From positions 1-64,000 of the IMG/VR virus record IMGVR_UViG_3300025162_000046: DNA of 64,000 nt, one strand, 5' to 3'. Below are positions 48,266-58,392 of the stretch, piece after piece (positions within the stretch are counted from its first letter, which is position 1; each line of letters opens with the position of its first letter). Below the pieces are notes generated by a model that made no database searches, was not told the origin of the DNA, and saw nothing but the letters and a program-made list of their open reading frames with translations. The position numbers were made by a program, and so were the translations under genes. Origin of the DNA: a virus.

Positions 48266-50092
48266 ATGGCAAATCCGATTCAAAAGGCTCCGTGGAAAAT
48301 ATCGTTCGCCCCCACTGGTAATGGCCCCTATGCAGTTAAAGTAAGGTTATATGATCTGCTTTTTAATTCAGAGACAGATGTTGCTTGGTATCTTACTGAT
48401 GGCGCCGGGTTGAATCTCCCCCACGATATTATTTTGTTCGACCCTTCAATTTACTCTTCTTCAGGCGGTGGTTCGATATCTCCTCCGGCATTAAGAAACT
48501 CTAGACAAAGCCATGGTTTTTTTCTGACAAAAGTCACGTATGATGCACGTGCAACTTCCACCTGGGTGCCTGATGTATCCTATGCAGCGATACCAGATTC
48601 ATCTGATGCCCACTATAATCAGCAGGGATATTACATTCACGACTCTTCAGCCGCCCTACCTCCCTTAGAAGTAGATTATACGACTATTGCTAACATGACA
48701 TATTATGATACGTCATTAAACTCCACCGTATTCACGGATCTCTTAGACCCCTCGGCGCCCTACGAAACATCAACGAATCCTTACATGTGTTATGTTTCAA
48801 GCGTCACTTTAGGCATCTCAGGGCTATCTGCAGCCTCATCATCCGCGCTGATCCTCAGTAGTCCTGATTTAGCTCTGCAGGCGACTATTCCCGGATCTTC
48901 TTTACAACCATACACCCGTATTTGTATGCGAGCAGATATTACTAATTCCGAAATAGTCTCCATACTTCAGTTTTTTACTCGATACGGAATTAATAATGAC
49001 AACTCCTCGATCCTAACCACCCAAGTGCCGGATCTTATTGATCCTACAAAAAACACGCATCTTTTAGACATAGAAATTTGGGTTCGTTGTTCTTTCTTTG
49101 CAGATTATATTACTCCTTCTCCCTTCGAGCAGGATTTAACTACGGGGTCTCAAGTCGCTCACGAGAATCTTATTATTGGTCAAGGAGACTTCTCCCGGTT
49201 CACCCGAGAGATCAACCCTAATGAAATTATCCCCTATCTCCCCGCAACTCCCCCTCGAAACGACATAACAGGAATAACGCTAGTTGCTGACGCAGGCCTC
49301 TTTCCAATCCCTTCTGTGACGGGCGCCTATAATAGCGCCACCACGGTATCAAATATCCCTGTTGGTTGGGTAAACCCCGAATTACAAAGCGGCGCCATCA
49401 CAGGAGGCTTAGTAGCCGTTCCTCTCAAGGGTAACGCATATGTGAGCGGTCGCATTTTCTCCCCGACAATTGATGAGCTTTGGATCTATATCAAAAAACT
49501 TGTTGATGGCCAGGGCACCGGGGCAGTATCCTCTACTTTAACAGAGCCAACAATAAGCCTGCCGGGCGGCCATATTGGCGACCCTATTTCTGCCGACGGC
49601 ACATCATATGTTGCAGCGCCTTCGAGTATTTCTTACTCTGTAGACACAACAATACAATCTATAATCAATGCAATTCTTCCTAACAGCTACGCGAATTATG
49701 TTCCGATTTCTAATCCCACACCACGAACTAACCCGTATTCTTTACGAGAGCTAGAATCTATTGTTGATAATCTGCAATATAATTCACGAACAGCCGTGGG
49801 CTTCTTTGCTGCAAATGCGGTAAGCACCGGCAATATAAATACAAGCATTGGAACAGTATATCAACTACATGCTAATTATACTCCAGAATCCCCCAGCGCC
49901 TGGCACTGGTCTGTAGCTAACACCTATAATGCGGCGGAAAGCGCTATTAATTACGGTGCGGCGCTTCCACAGGCAACAAATTATGATAGGGCGGCTGACT
50001 TCATCGCCGGGGACTCCTATCTATCAGCAGATGGAAAGTGGCATTATTTATTTGATCATGTGCGAATTCCGGTTCTTGCAGAAACTTACTAA
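48266..50092 (+). CDS. Probable tail/baseplate structural protein
   Basis: 608 aa, Ser/Thr/Pro-rich, ACTAATTA and AAGGAG upstream. Confidence 0.6.
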   Translation: MANPIQKAPWKISFAPTGNGPYAVKVRLYDLLFNSETDVAWYLTDGAGLNLPHDIILFDPSIYSSSGGGSISPPALRNSRQSHGFFLTKVTYDARATSTWVPDVSYAAIPDSSDAHYNQQGYYIHDSSAALPPLEVDYTTIANMTYYDTSLNSTVFTDLLDPSAPYETSTNPYMCYVSSVTLGISGLSAASSSALILSSPDLALQATIPGSSLQPYTRICMRADITNSEIVSILQFFTRYGINNDNSSILTTQVPDLIDPTKNTHLLDIEIWVRCSFFADYITPSPFEQDLTTGSQVAHENLIIGQGDFSRFTREINPNEIIPYLPATPPRNDITGITLVADAGLFPIPSVTGAYNSATTVSNIPVGWVNPELQSGAITGGLVAVPLKGNAYVSGRIFSPTIDELWIYIKKLVDGQGTGAVSSTLTEPTISLPGGHIGDPISADGTSYVAAPSSISYSVDTTIQSIINAILPNSYANYVPISNPTPRTNPYSLRELESIVDNLQYNSRTAVGFFAANAVSTGNINTSIGTVYQLHANYTPESPSAWHWSVANTYNAAESAINYGAALPQATNYDRAADFIAGDSYLSADGKWHYLFDHVRIPVLAETY

Positions 50093-50108
50093 TTGATAAG
50101 AGGGTATA

Positions 50109-52937
50109 ATGTCAGCACATAATGAAGGATTAACATGGTTTGCTAGGCGAACGGGCCAATTTCGTTACTCTGTCAACGGCCATGATCAGTGGCTCCAGCC
50201 CCTCAGTATCTATACCGCTGGCGAAGATGTCAAACGAGGCCAACCTGTCTCTATAGTTGTTCATGCTGATACTCAGGATGCTATTTTACAATCTTATGGC
50301 ATAGTAACTGCGACTCAAACAGGCAATGACAATGTAGTCGTTCTTACTCGCTCAGATCGTCACACCTATTCAATCGGCTTTGCAATGGAATCTGTTATCG
50401 CGGGTGAGACTATTCATGTGTTAGAAAGCGGCCGGCTTTGTTATTTGGCAACAAATAGTGCAACGGAATATTGGCCGGGTATTTTCACCGACGCGTCGCG
50501 CGGACTTATGGTATATGCAGGCCCCGCCGCAGGATCTTTTACCTTCAGTTCTGTTGAGGCGGTCACGGGAGGCCGCAATCTAATTCAATTAGGATCTATT
50601 TCTAATACGATAATCTCAGGGGCGAATCTTACTGAAGTAGATATTGAAGTATCAATCACCGGTGATGGTCGCGGGCCTATCGATAACACCCAGTTTGAAA
50701 TGGTGACAGGCGAGGTGATTGATTATACCGGCTCCCCCCCTTACAACTTCCCCCCTCTATGCGCTATTTCAGATGGAACCGTAGGTATCGCAGGAACCGC
50801 TATTCTTGCCGATAGTAGATTTAGGAACAAATCGAATGTAATTGGCTTTATGCTTAACGCATCGCAAGTAGCCCCCTTCCCAATTGGTTCTAATTGCATC
50901 TTTCTTCGTAAAGGCAGATTGAATGTTTCTGGCGCCGTTAATGCTCTTATTCCCGGCGCCCGTTATTATTTAGCTAATGATGGCCAAATCACTACCTCAA
51001 GTGGATCAGTAGTTTATCCTAATGCATTGGTAGAGGTGGGGACTGCGGTGTCCGCCACGGAACTCATTGTTGATATTAGTTTACCTCTCCTTGGAGTTTC
51101 TGACTATCCATTAGGAACACTCCGGCCTCTAACCGGTGACAATACCGTCTCTGGTTATTTGGTTTGCGATGGTATTCTCCAACATTTAATTATTGACTAT
51201 GTAGAATTTTACAACTGGGCGCTAACTCAACCGCTAAATTCCGTTATCACTATTGTTGGTGCTGCCCCCGGACATTTCATAGTGGCCGAACAAATCAACC
51301 CGGCGTCGTCACTTCCCTTCCAGATCGTGGCCTATACCCCCAGTTACGAACCTCTATCCACTATCACAGATTATCGACGAGAAACAGGCACAACATCTAT
51401 CACAGGCACTCTCACGATGGACCTCACTCCCTTCACTATCAGCGGCCCTCAAAACAGTATAGGATTGGCCCTCGACCAATTTCTTCCTGAACTATTTATA
51501 GATATTGGTGGGATCTCGACAAAAGTTTCGGCGGATTCATGGACACTCTCAGGGACTATTCTCACCGGAACAGTAGCCGCCCACACTAACGCGGCATACA
51601 TCTTAGTTGTTTATCGACCGGAGGCCCTTGCTAGATATCAAGAAGCAACAAATATCCTGAGTGTAGTTAATACCTCCAGTGGCTACGCCATTAACTCAAC
51701 CGCCATGATAGATCGACTTCAAAACGACGGAATAGCAGAAACACTTATCTTAGGCAGTAATGTTTCAGGATCCATTGTAAGAATTTTAGGTAATGTGCAA
51801 TTCGGGGATAGTAGTGCGTTGGATGGTTTGACTATTGAAGGTCAGATTGTTGTCAAAACGGATGGGGGTGTGCAAACCCTTTCTATTGATAATGCAACGG
51901 GGCTCATAACCGCAGTAAACACCGCCCAAAATTATCCGTCCGCTGATGGCCATCTTGTTAATAAAGCATATTCCGATTTACATGGAATACATACAACAGT
52001 AGCTATCGGTGGATCAATCGTTAATGGGTCTTTTACTAATACAGCAACAGTTCATGGTATTTCAATGGGGGCAACTGGCGGGTTTGATGCAGATATGATT
52101 GATGAGCGCCATGTGGGTGGCTATGGCTGGAGATCCGACTCAGTGCCGACGGCCTCAAGCGGAGTTCCTGTGGCCAGATCAGCCTGGGTTCCTGAAATCA
52201 CTTCCACCGGTGTGGCCGAATTGGGTAGTCAAGTCAATTTTTACTTGACTTCATTTGTCGCAAAACCGGCAGTGGGGCTTATAGCAACATCTTTAATAAT
52301 CAAAGGGACTACCTCTGGCAACCCCTCGTATGCTCCCACTAATCCTTACCTGCAAATACTTAATAATGGTTCAAGTCTACTACAAGCCGTTCAAATTGGT
52401 AATCCTATTGCCGGCAACGCAGTAAATTTAATTTCTGTTAATAATTCACTTCTAGTTACTAGTGACAGCACCCCCAACGCAGCCCCTGTATCGTGGGCCA
52501 CGATCAAAGCAGCGGCATTCCAGACAGTATCTACTATTCAAGCAAAGAAAAAAGTCATTCCTTTTACAAAATCAGGCCTTGAAATTATTAAAGAGACAGA
52601 AATAGTTCAGTATGAGCTTAAAACCGAAGACAGGCTACGAGTAGGTTTCATAGCGGAATGGACTGATGAACTTTTAGCAGGAAAGAATCATGATGAGAAT
52701 GATCTTGGCACTACTCTTGGAGTAGCGCTTAAAGCCATTCAAGAACTCGCTGCGCTTGGTGAAGAATTGCAGAAAGATAATAAAAAACTACAGCAGGAGA
52801 TTGAGGTTTTAAAAGAGACAGCTATTCAACAGCTCAAAGATGATAAGGAACTGTTGAAAGAAGAGATCGAAGTCTTAAAAACAGCGGCTATTAAAGCTAA
52901 ACTTCCTGTTATGATTGTTCCTCTTGATCTCACTTAA
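50109..52937 (+). CDS. Tail fibre/spike with C-terminal Peptidase S74-like chaperone
   Basis: STIQAKK...GLEIIKETEIVQYELK...VGFIAE...AIQEL then coiled coil; collar-like PLGTL...GYLVCDG. Confidence 0.8.
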   Translation: MSAHNEGLTWFARRTGQFRYSVNGHDQWLQPLSIYTAGEDVKRGQPVSIVVHADTQDAILQSYGIVTATQTGNDNVVVLTRSDRHTYSIGFAMESVIAGETIHVLESGRLCYLATNSATEYWPGIFTDASRGLMVYAGPAAGSFTFSSVEAVTGGRNLIQLGSISNTIISGANLTEVDIEVSITGDGRGPIDNTQFEMVTGEVIDYTGSPPYNFPPLCAISDGTVGIAGTAILADSRFRNKSNVIGFMLNASQVAPFPIGSNCIFLRKGRLNVSGAVNALIPGARYYLANDGQITTSSGSVVYPNALVEVGTAVSATELIVDISLPLLGVSDYPLGTLRPLTGDNTVSGYLVCDGILQHLIIDYVEFYNWALTQPLNSVITIVGAAPGHFIVAEQINPASSLPFQIVAYTPSYEPLSTITDYRRETGTTSITGTLTMDLTPFTISGPQNSIGLALDQFLPELFIDIGGISTKVSADSWTLSGTILTGTVAAHTNAAYILVVYRPEALARYQEATNILSVVNTSSGYAINSTAMIDRLQNDGIAETLILGSNVSGSIVRILGNVQFGDSSALDGLTIEGQIVVKTDGGVQTLSIDNATGLITAVNTAQNYPSADGHLVNKAYSDLHGIHTTVAIGGSIVNGSFTNTATVHGISMGATGGFDADMIDERHVGGYGWRSDSVPTASSGVPVARSAWVPEITSTGVAELGSQVNFYLTSFVAKPAVGLIATSLIIKGTTSGNPSYAPTNPYLQILNNGSSLLQAVQIGNPIAGNAVNLISVNNSLLVTSDSTPNAAPVSWATIKAAAFQTVSTIQAKKKVIPFTKSGLEIIKETEIVQYELKTEDRLRVGFIAEWTDELLAGKNHDENDLGTTLGVALKAIQELAALGEELQKDNKKLQQEIEVLKETAIQQLKDDKELLKEEIEVLKTAAIKAKLPVMIVPLDLT

Positions 52938-53443
52938 GACTTTTTAACCTTATCATCGACAACTTCTGTGATAGCCGCTAATGCATTATTCCCGTGCATA
53001 GCTTCGAGGATCTGATTTAACTGGACAATTCCTTGCAACACATCTTTGCTGGCTTTTTTGAAAACTTTTTCATCCGTGTATGAGGAAGACCCCGGTAATT
53101 GATGCGTCTCTATTTCAGCATGGACTTTTGCAGCCTGTATCCCCATGATCGGATTAATAATCGTAGACATGGCGCCTGTATTTCCACCCTGAACTTGGGT
53201 ATAAAAATCCATCAATTGTTTTACATTCGCCTCACCCAACCGGACAAGAATCGCCTCTTTAATTTCCGATTCAAAGTCTCTATTATCCTGAACATGCCTA
53301 AAGCTATCTCTGACGAATTCAGTCAAGGAAGACTCAATAGAGGAGACAGGGTCATCAATCCTAACAGCAGTGACAGCGGCAGACTCTTGCCCCATAGAAT
53401 CGCTTAGTTGATTAAGCATTTGCATCGAAGTTCCTTCATTCAT
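52934..53443 (-). CDS. Hypothetical protein
   Basis: 169 aa, overlaps the upstream minus-strand gene. Confidence 0.7.
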   Translation of the reverse strand: MNEGTSMQMLNQLSDSMGQESAAVTAVRIDDPVSSIESSLTEFVRDSFRHVQDNRDFESEIKEAILVRLGEANVKQLMDFYTQVQGGNTGAMSTIINPIMGIQAAKVHAEIETHQLPGSSSYTDEKVFKKASKDVLQGIVQLNQILEAMHGNNALAAITEVVDDKVKKS

Positions 53444-53873
53444 AATTGCCTGCTCCGTGCAATCGCATTTTCATACGATCCGCAATATACTTGAGAAAGG
53501 ATTGATACTGTTGCATTCTGATCCCGTATTTGATTGTGGGAAGTTCTGAGTCGCCGATCAACTCTTTAATTTCCGTCCACTCTTTGCCTTCAATATTTTT
53601 ATAATAATAGCATATAGCAAGTTGGATTGTATCTTTGAAATCTTCTTTGCGCGGGAAAATAATTGTTTTTCCGTCGAGTAGCTGTAAAAGATCCGTGAAT
53701 CTATCCAACCCCAAAAGGTCATAAACTTCCACTAAAGATAATAGTGCTTCATTCTTTTCTGCATTCTTGAAAAGATGTAGACGGATAATATCTTCAATTA
53801 TTTTCTTTGATTGATCTGTCTTGATTGTTTCCTGCACCTTCTGTTGAAATACAGACTTGGGGGTCTTATACAT
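53436..53873 (-). CDS. Hypothetical protein, possibly Mor/C-like transcription regulator
   Basis: LLGLDRFTDLLQLLDGKTIIFP resembles the Mor G....YxP pattern followed by a helical C-terminus; GAGGAG RBS. Confidence 0.45.
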   Translation of the reverse strand: MYKTPKSVFQQKVQETIKTDQSKKIIEDIIRLHLFKNAEKNEALLSLVEVYDLLGLDRFTDLLQLLDGKTIIFPRKEDFKDTIQLAICYYYKNIEGKEWTEIKELIGDSELPTIKYGIRMQQYQSFLKYIADRMKMRLHGAGNYE

Positions 53874-53945
53874 GTTTTATGTCTCCTCGTAATTAGTGGC
53901 GCATTAAAAATCCAAAGGTATACTAATTATCTTAGAGGGTAAATT

Positions 53946-54557
53946 ATGACAGACACACAGCATTTTATGGTCTCAATAGATGAAGGAAATTCGCAAGGCG
54001 TTTATTGCGCATATTGCGGAGAAAAAATAATTCCCTCCAAAGATGATTTAGGGGGGTATAGTTTTCAGTGCTCCTGTAATGACGCATTAAGCGAGCAGCG
54101 CCTATACCAGATGAAGGCAGATGTAGAAAAAGAACTTGGAGCATTTCTTCAAGAGAAAACTACCTCAATGCAAATCAACGAAATCCGCACGCGCATCGTT
54201 ATTTACGAGCAGCATACACATGGATTGAAAATAAAATTACAAGAATTGATGAATAGAGAAGCAGGAGTTGTTCCTGAGGAAGGAGTCTCTACCCTGGTAG
54301 TAAAACTCCCTGAGCCAGAGGAAGTTCCTATGGAACTTTTTGATGAAGTGTTTGTAGGGCCCGAGGACGAGAGCAATCTCGCTCAGGCTGACCTTCATGT
54401 TTCCTCGAATTTTTCTATCCCTGAAGAAATACCAGAAGGAGAAGAGCTATCAGAAGAGGCATTTGAAGAAATTGTTCTCCCCGCTGAAGAGTTACCCATT
54501 ATTGAAGAATCTGTTCCTTTTGCTGAGGAATTTGAAGAAGAAGAGGGTATACTATAA
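53946..54557 (+). CDS. Hypothetical protein (CxxC...CxC, acidic tail)
   Basis: 203 aa; ACTAATTA at 53922. Confidence 0.7.
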   Translation: MTDTQHFMVSIDEGNSQGVYCAYCGEKIIPSKDDLGGYSFQCSCNDALSEQRLYQMKADVEKELGAFLQEKTTSMQINEIRTRIVIYEQHTHGLKIKLQELMNREAGVVPEEGVSTLVVKLPEPEEVPMELFDEVFVGPEDESNLAQADLHVSSNFSIPEEIPEGEELSEEAFEEIVLPAEELPIIEESVPFAEEFEEEEGIL

Positions 54558-54595
54558 ACAGGATATCATTGACCCCGATGTCCTCTCTCCTCCTT

Positions 54596-54621
54596 AAACC
54601 CAGCTAACCACTGGGTTTTTT
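54596..54621 (+). terminator. Rho-independent terminator
   Basis: AAACCCAG-ctaacca-CTGGGTTT followed by TTT. Confidence 0.7.
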
Positions 54622-54670
54622 ATGCGCGAATGATTTTCTGCGGTGTATATTTATCAAGAGAGGAGTGTAT

Positions 54671-54943
54671 ATGGAACTCAACTTATCTATTACTGAGATT
54701 GATAATGGGTATCTGGTTCATACGGGAGGATCAACCTTCCAGTCCCTCGCTGCAACGAATCGCGCGTTTGTCGGCTCTAAGGATAATCCAACAGTCGCAG
54801 AGGAGTTCTTGCAATTCGTCAGCGAGGAAATCCTGTTCAAACTAATGGGCCGCTCTAAGCACTTTGGAGGGAATATACACGGGCGAGTCAAAGTAGAAGT
54901 CTCGTTCACCGAAGATCCTGACAACCCGGTCGAAATGCACTAA
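54671..54943 (+). CDS. Hypothetical protein
   Basis: About 90 aa with GAGGAG RBS; no GroES motifs. Confidence 0.7.
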   Translation: MELNLSITEIDNGYLVHTGGSTFQSLAATNRAFVGSKDNPTVAEEFLQFVSEEILFKLMGRSKHFGGNIHGRVKVEVSFTEDPDNPVEMH

Positions 54944-54978
54944 AAGAATTGTTATATTAGACTCACGAAGGAGAGATA

Positions 54979-56631
54979 ATGTCTAAAGATATGTTATATG
55001 GAGAGGACGCAAGAAAAAAGCTGATGTCGGGAATTACCAAACTTTCAGAAGCCGTTTCAACTACTTTAGGACCTCGCGGTCGCAATGTTATTATCACGCG
55101 CCAATTCGGTTCGCCCCTTATTACTAAGGATGGCGTGACGGTAGCAAAGGAAATCGATCTTAAAGATCCCTATGAAAATATGGGCGCACAGCTTATTAAA
55201 GAAGCCGCGACCAGAACAAATACCCAAGCAGGTGATGGGACCACTACAGCAACTGTGCTCGCATATGCCATTGCTAAAGAAGGCATAAAAATGGTAGCGA
55301 CGGGGTATGATCCTATCTCTATCAAGAGAGGTATCGATGAAGGCGTGAGAGTCGCACTTGCCGCACTCGACAATATCAAACGAGATGTCAAAACCAAAGA
55401 AGACATTCTCAACATAGCCACAATCTCCGCGAATGGAGATACTGAAGTGGGTCAGCAAATCGCCGATGCCATGGAGCATGTTGGTAATGATGGCGTCGTG
55501 ACGGTTGAAGAATCCCGCACCATGAATACCTATGTGGATTATGTAGAAGGCATGCAACTTGACCGTGGATATATGTCGCCGTATTTTGCTACGGATGAGC
55601 ATATGAATTGCACTCTCGAAGCGCCCTACATTCTTGTAACTAATAAGACCATTTCCAATCTTCAAAGCATAGTTCCTCTACTCACAATGCTTCAGCGAGC
55701 AGATAGACCTTTGCTCATCATTGCGGATAATGTTGAGGGTTCGGCTATGCAAGCCCTTATTATCAATAGTATGAAGGGCGTTCTCAAATCCTGCGCTATT
55801 CGAAGTCCCGGGTATGGTGAACATCGATTTGAATTCCTTAAGGATATTGCAATTCTCACTGGCGCTACTTATGTCGATGAAGGGGCGGGAATGGAGTTTG
55901 CAACTCTCTCCCTGGAAAGCCTTGGTCAGGCGGGTAAAGTAAAAATCACAGCGCAGAGCACTACTATTATCGAGGGCGCAGGAACACCAGAGGCGCTGGC
56001 AGGTCGAGTAGATCAGCTTCGTATGCTTCTTAATGAATCATCGTCCGATTATGAGAAAGAGAAGTATCAAGAGCGTATCGCTAAACTCGCTGGTGGCGTA
56101 GCTATTATCAATGTCGGAGCAAACTCCGAAGTTGAGATGAAAGAGAAGAAGCACAGAGTTGAAGACGCTCTCTCAGCTACTCGCGCCGCTCTTGAAGAAG
56201 GTATTGTTCCTGGCGGTGGACTGTCCCTCGTCTACGCAGCAACACAAATGAACAATCTGAAAGCCCCTCAGGGATGGACAGAGGCTCATGCCGCTGGTTA
56301 TCGAATCGTGCAAAAAGCCCTCGAAGAACCGATGCGCAAGATAGCGGATAACGCCGGGGTAAGCGGTGATGTTGTTGTTGGTAAGGTTCTTGAAACTTTC
56401 GAAGCAAATAACACGCTTCTTAAAAAAATTGATTCTTACTATCAGGGGTATAACGCAGCCTCGGGCGAATGGGTTGACATGTATGTGGCGGGAGTCATCG
56501 ACCCTGTCAAAGTCACACGGTCAGCATTGCAGAACGCGGGCTCGGTAGCAGGAATGCTCTTGACTACTGAGTGTGCTATTGTAGATCTTCCTGAGCCGCA
56601 GCAGCCAATGCCCCAGATGCCAGAGATGTAA
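54979..56631 (+). CDS. groEL: Chaperonin GroEL
   Basis: TLGPRGRNV, ITKDGVTVAKEI, AGDGTTTATVLA, ERIAKLAGGVA, GIVPGGG, GVIDPVKVTR. Confidence 0.97.
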   Translation: MSKDMLYGEDARKKLMSGITKLSEAVSTTLGPRGRNVIITRQFGSPLITKDGVTVAKEIDLKDPYENMGAQLIKEAATRTNTQAGDGTTTATVLAYAIAKEGIKMVATGYDPISIKRGIDEGVRVALAALDNIKRDVKTKEDILNIATISANGDTEVGQQIADAMEHVGNDGVVTVEESRTMNTYVDYVEGMQLDRGYMSPYFATDEHMNCTLEAPYILVTNKTISNLQSIVPLLTMLQRADRPLLIIADNVEGSAMQALIINSMKGVLKSCAIRSPGYGEHRFEFLKDIAILTGATYVDEGAGMEFATLSLESLGQAGKVKITAQSTTIIEGAGTPEALAGRVDQLRMLLNESSSDYEKEKYQERIAKLAGGVAIINVGANSEVEMKEKKHRVEDALSATRAALEEGIVPGGGLSLVYAATQMNNLKAPQGWTEAHAAGYRIVQKALEEPMRKIADNAGVSGDVVVGKVLETFEANNTLLKKIDSYYQGYNAASGEWVDMYVAGVIDPVKVTRSALQNAGSVAGMLLTTECAIVDLPEPQQPMPQMPEM

Positions 56632-56644
56632 TAAGGGAGAGATT

Positions 56645-56911
56645 ATGGCTCGTCAAGCAAAACTGCATATAGTATACCAAGCAAGAGTAACCCCTATTCT
56701 AAAATGGCCGCATCGAAAAATAGTAGTCAATTTTGATTCCCAATTGGTATTTCCTACTTTTGAACTTGCGGAGAAATTCGCTCCATATTATGTTCGACAA
56801 TTGATCGAGATTGGTGTGCTGAATATCAATGACAAGTATGAAGTTGGGGTTATTCAACTTAATGTTTTTGATGGTGCTATCGACGCCAATGGAGTGGAGG
56901 CTGCATCATGA
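56645..56911 (+). CDS. Hypothetical protein
   Basis: 88 aa, GGGAG RBS, operon context. Confidence 0.7.
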   Translation: MARQAKLHIVYQARVTPILKWPHRKIVVNFDSQLVFPTFELAEKFAPYYVRQLIEIGVLNINDKYEVGVIQLNVFDGAIDANGVEAAS

Positions 56912-57324
56912 GTGACGACGGAGTGCATGTTGATTATACCACCATTATGAATAGCGCCACAATAGATTTTCCTTCAATGTATGAAGTAGTAATTGGTAGG
57001 TTTTTCGATGAAAAGGTAGGAGAAAAAACTCATCCGATGACGGATGAGTTGTGTGAGAAGCTCAAAGCCAAAAGAGATTTTGGATTGAAAAAATATGGCG
57101 AGCACTCTTTTCAAAGCTCATTTCAAAATGCAATGACTTCTCCCGTGCTTGACCATCTTGAAGAAGAGTTGCTTGATTCTATTAACTATCTCTTGCATAT
57201 TAAATTTCAATTACTTTTTATGTCGACAACTTCGACATTCCCCGACGCCGCTCTTGGCCAGATAATGGCTACATATAGCCAACTCAAATTTCTTAAAAAA
57301 ACCCTTGAAAATCCAGGTGCCTAA
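56908..57324 (+). CDS. Phage helical protein (GxxKYG...EEllD..Y; all-alpha NTP pyrophosphatase-like?)
   Basis: RDFGLKKYG...LDHLEEELLDSINY. Confidence 0.5.
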   Translation: MSDDGVHVDYTTIMNSATIDFPSMYEVVIGRFFDEKVGEKTHPMTDELCEKLKAKRDFGLKKYGEHSFQSSFQNAMTSPVLDHLEEELLDSINYLLHIKFQLLFMSTTSTFPDAALGQIMATYSQLKFLKKTLENPGA

Positions 57325-57614
57325 TGGGTTTGATAACTTATCCTCTTAGATTTTTCAATGCCTCAGAACCCGCTCAGATGATCATGCAATCTAACCCCGG
57401 GTCCGTCTTGGATGCAACGATGCCGCCAGGATTGCTTATGCCTCTGTGTGTGGCGTGTAATACGGGCGAGGGAATTCTTCGCGAGGAAAAGGAAGCTCTC
57501 TTCAGGTATCGTTGTGTTATCTGCGGGTTTGAAACTGATTGGGGTGATCGGGATATGGTTGCTCAACAATGGGCCAATTGCAACGATCCAAATATTCCGA
57601 CTAATTTAATATGA
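57324..57614 (+). CDS. Zinc-ribbon protein (Lar-like)
   Basis: PLCVAC...YRCVICG...AQQW. Confidence 0.5.
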   Translation: MGLITYPLRFFNASEPAQMIMQSNPGSVLDATMPPGLLMPLCVACNTGEGILREEKEALFRYRCVICGFETDWGDRDMVAQQWANCNDPNIPTNLI

Positions 57615-57871
57615 CAACACTATTCTCACCCGGGGACATTGTATTTGTGCCTAATATGTGTTCTCTATACTCTATGTCATACTACGGAGAGCATAAGAAA
57701 GAAGGCCTGGGATGTCCTTGCAAATGGGTGCATGCAAAAGCAAAAGTAACACATTTACACGGCAACTTCGCTCATGTGGTCGATCTGACAAATGTGGATC
57801 ATAAGACAGCCTTTTATCATCTCGATCTCACTTTAGTGCAGCGAGCAGGAGCAGAAGATGGACAAGATTGA
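57611..57871 (+). CDS. Hypothetical protein
   Basis: 86 aa, overlaps neighbours; FSPGDIV SH3/KOW-like start. Confidence 0.65.
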   Translation: MTTLFSPGDIVFVPNMCSLYSMSYYGEHKKEGLGCPCKWVHAKAKVTHLHGNFAHVVDLTNVDHKTAFYHLDLTLVQRAGAEDGQD

Positions 57872-58385
57872 AAAGGAATTATCAATAGGAACGATCATAA
57901 CAGACGGACAATACATTCTTGCTTGTCGACCCTACGGCCGTAAGGATAAGGAGCATTCGTTCGACTTGCCTAAAGGCAGGTGGGAGGAGGGAGAAACCTA
58001 CATTGAAACCGCTGTTCGAGAATGTAAAGAAGAAACGGGGTTTGATCTGTGGCCTGACCATCTTATCGCTCTTGGCAGGTTTGAGTATATACCTACTAAG
58101 GACTTGTATCTCTTTCTTGTGGCCCTCGATTTTATGCCTGAGCATAGCACTTTGAAGTGTCCCTCGAAATTCGAAGTAGACGGGAAGCAAGTCCCCGAAG
58201 TAATAGGATATAAGAATGTTCCGATCACAGAGTTACATTGGTTTTTTAGATCAATGGAACCTGTCATCAAAGCGGCTCTTGAAAATTTCGATAAACGAAT
58301 TGAAGAGGACCCTGAGGCGCAGGTGGCGCTCCCCGAAAAAAATTCACAAGAAGAAATAGAAAACCGAAAACAGCCGGTATATTAG
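57858..58385 (+). CDS. NUDIX hydrolase (T4 NudE-like)
   Basis: DLPKGRWEEGETYIETAVRECKEETG Nudix box; KDLYLF. Confidence 0.92.
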   Translation: MDKIEKELSIGTIITDGQYILACRPYGRKDKEHSFDLPKGRWEEGETYIETAVRECKEETGFDLWPDHLIALGRFEYIPTKDLYLFLVALDFMPEHSTLKCPSKFEVDGKQVPEVIGYKNVPITELHWFFRSMEPVIKAALENFDKRIEEDPEAQVALPEKNSQEEIENRKQPVY

Positions 58386-58392
58386 TTATAAT

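Noticed and set aside
54671-54943. GroES candidate by size and position
   Set aside because: It lacks PLxDRV, the mobile-loop GGI and GDxV motifs.
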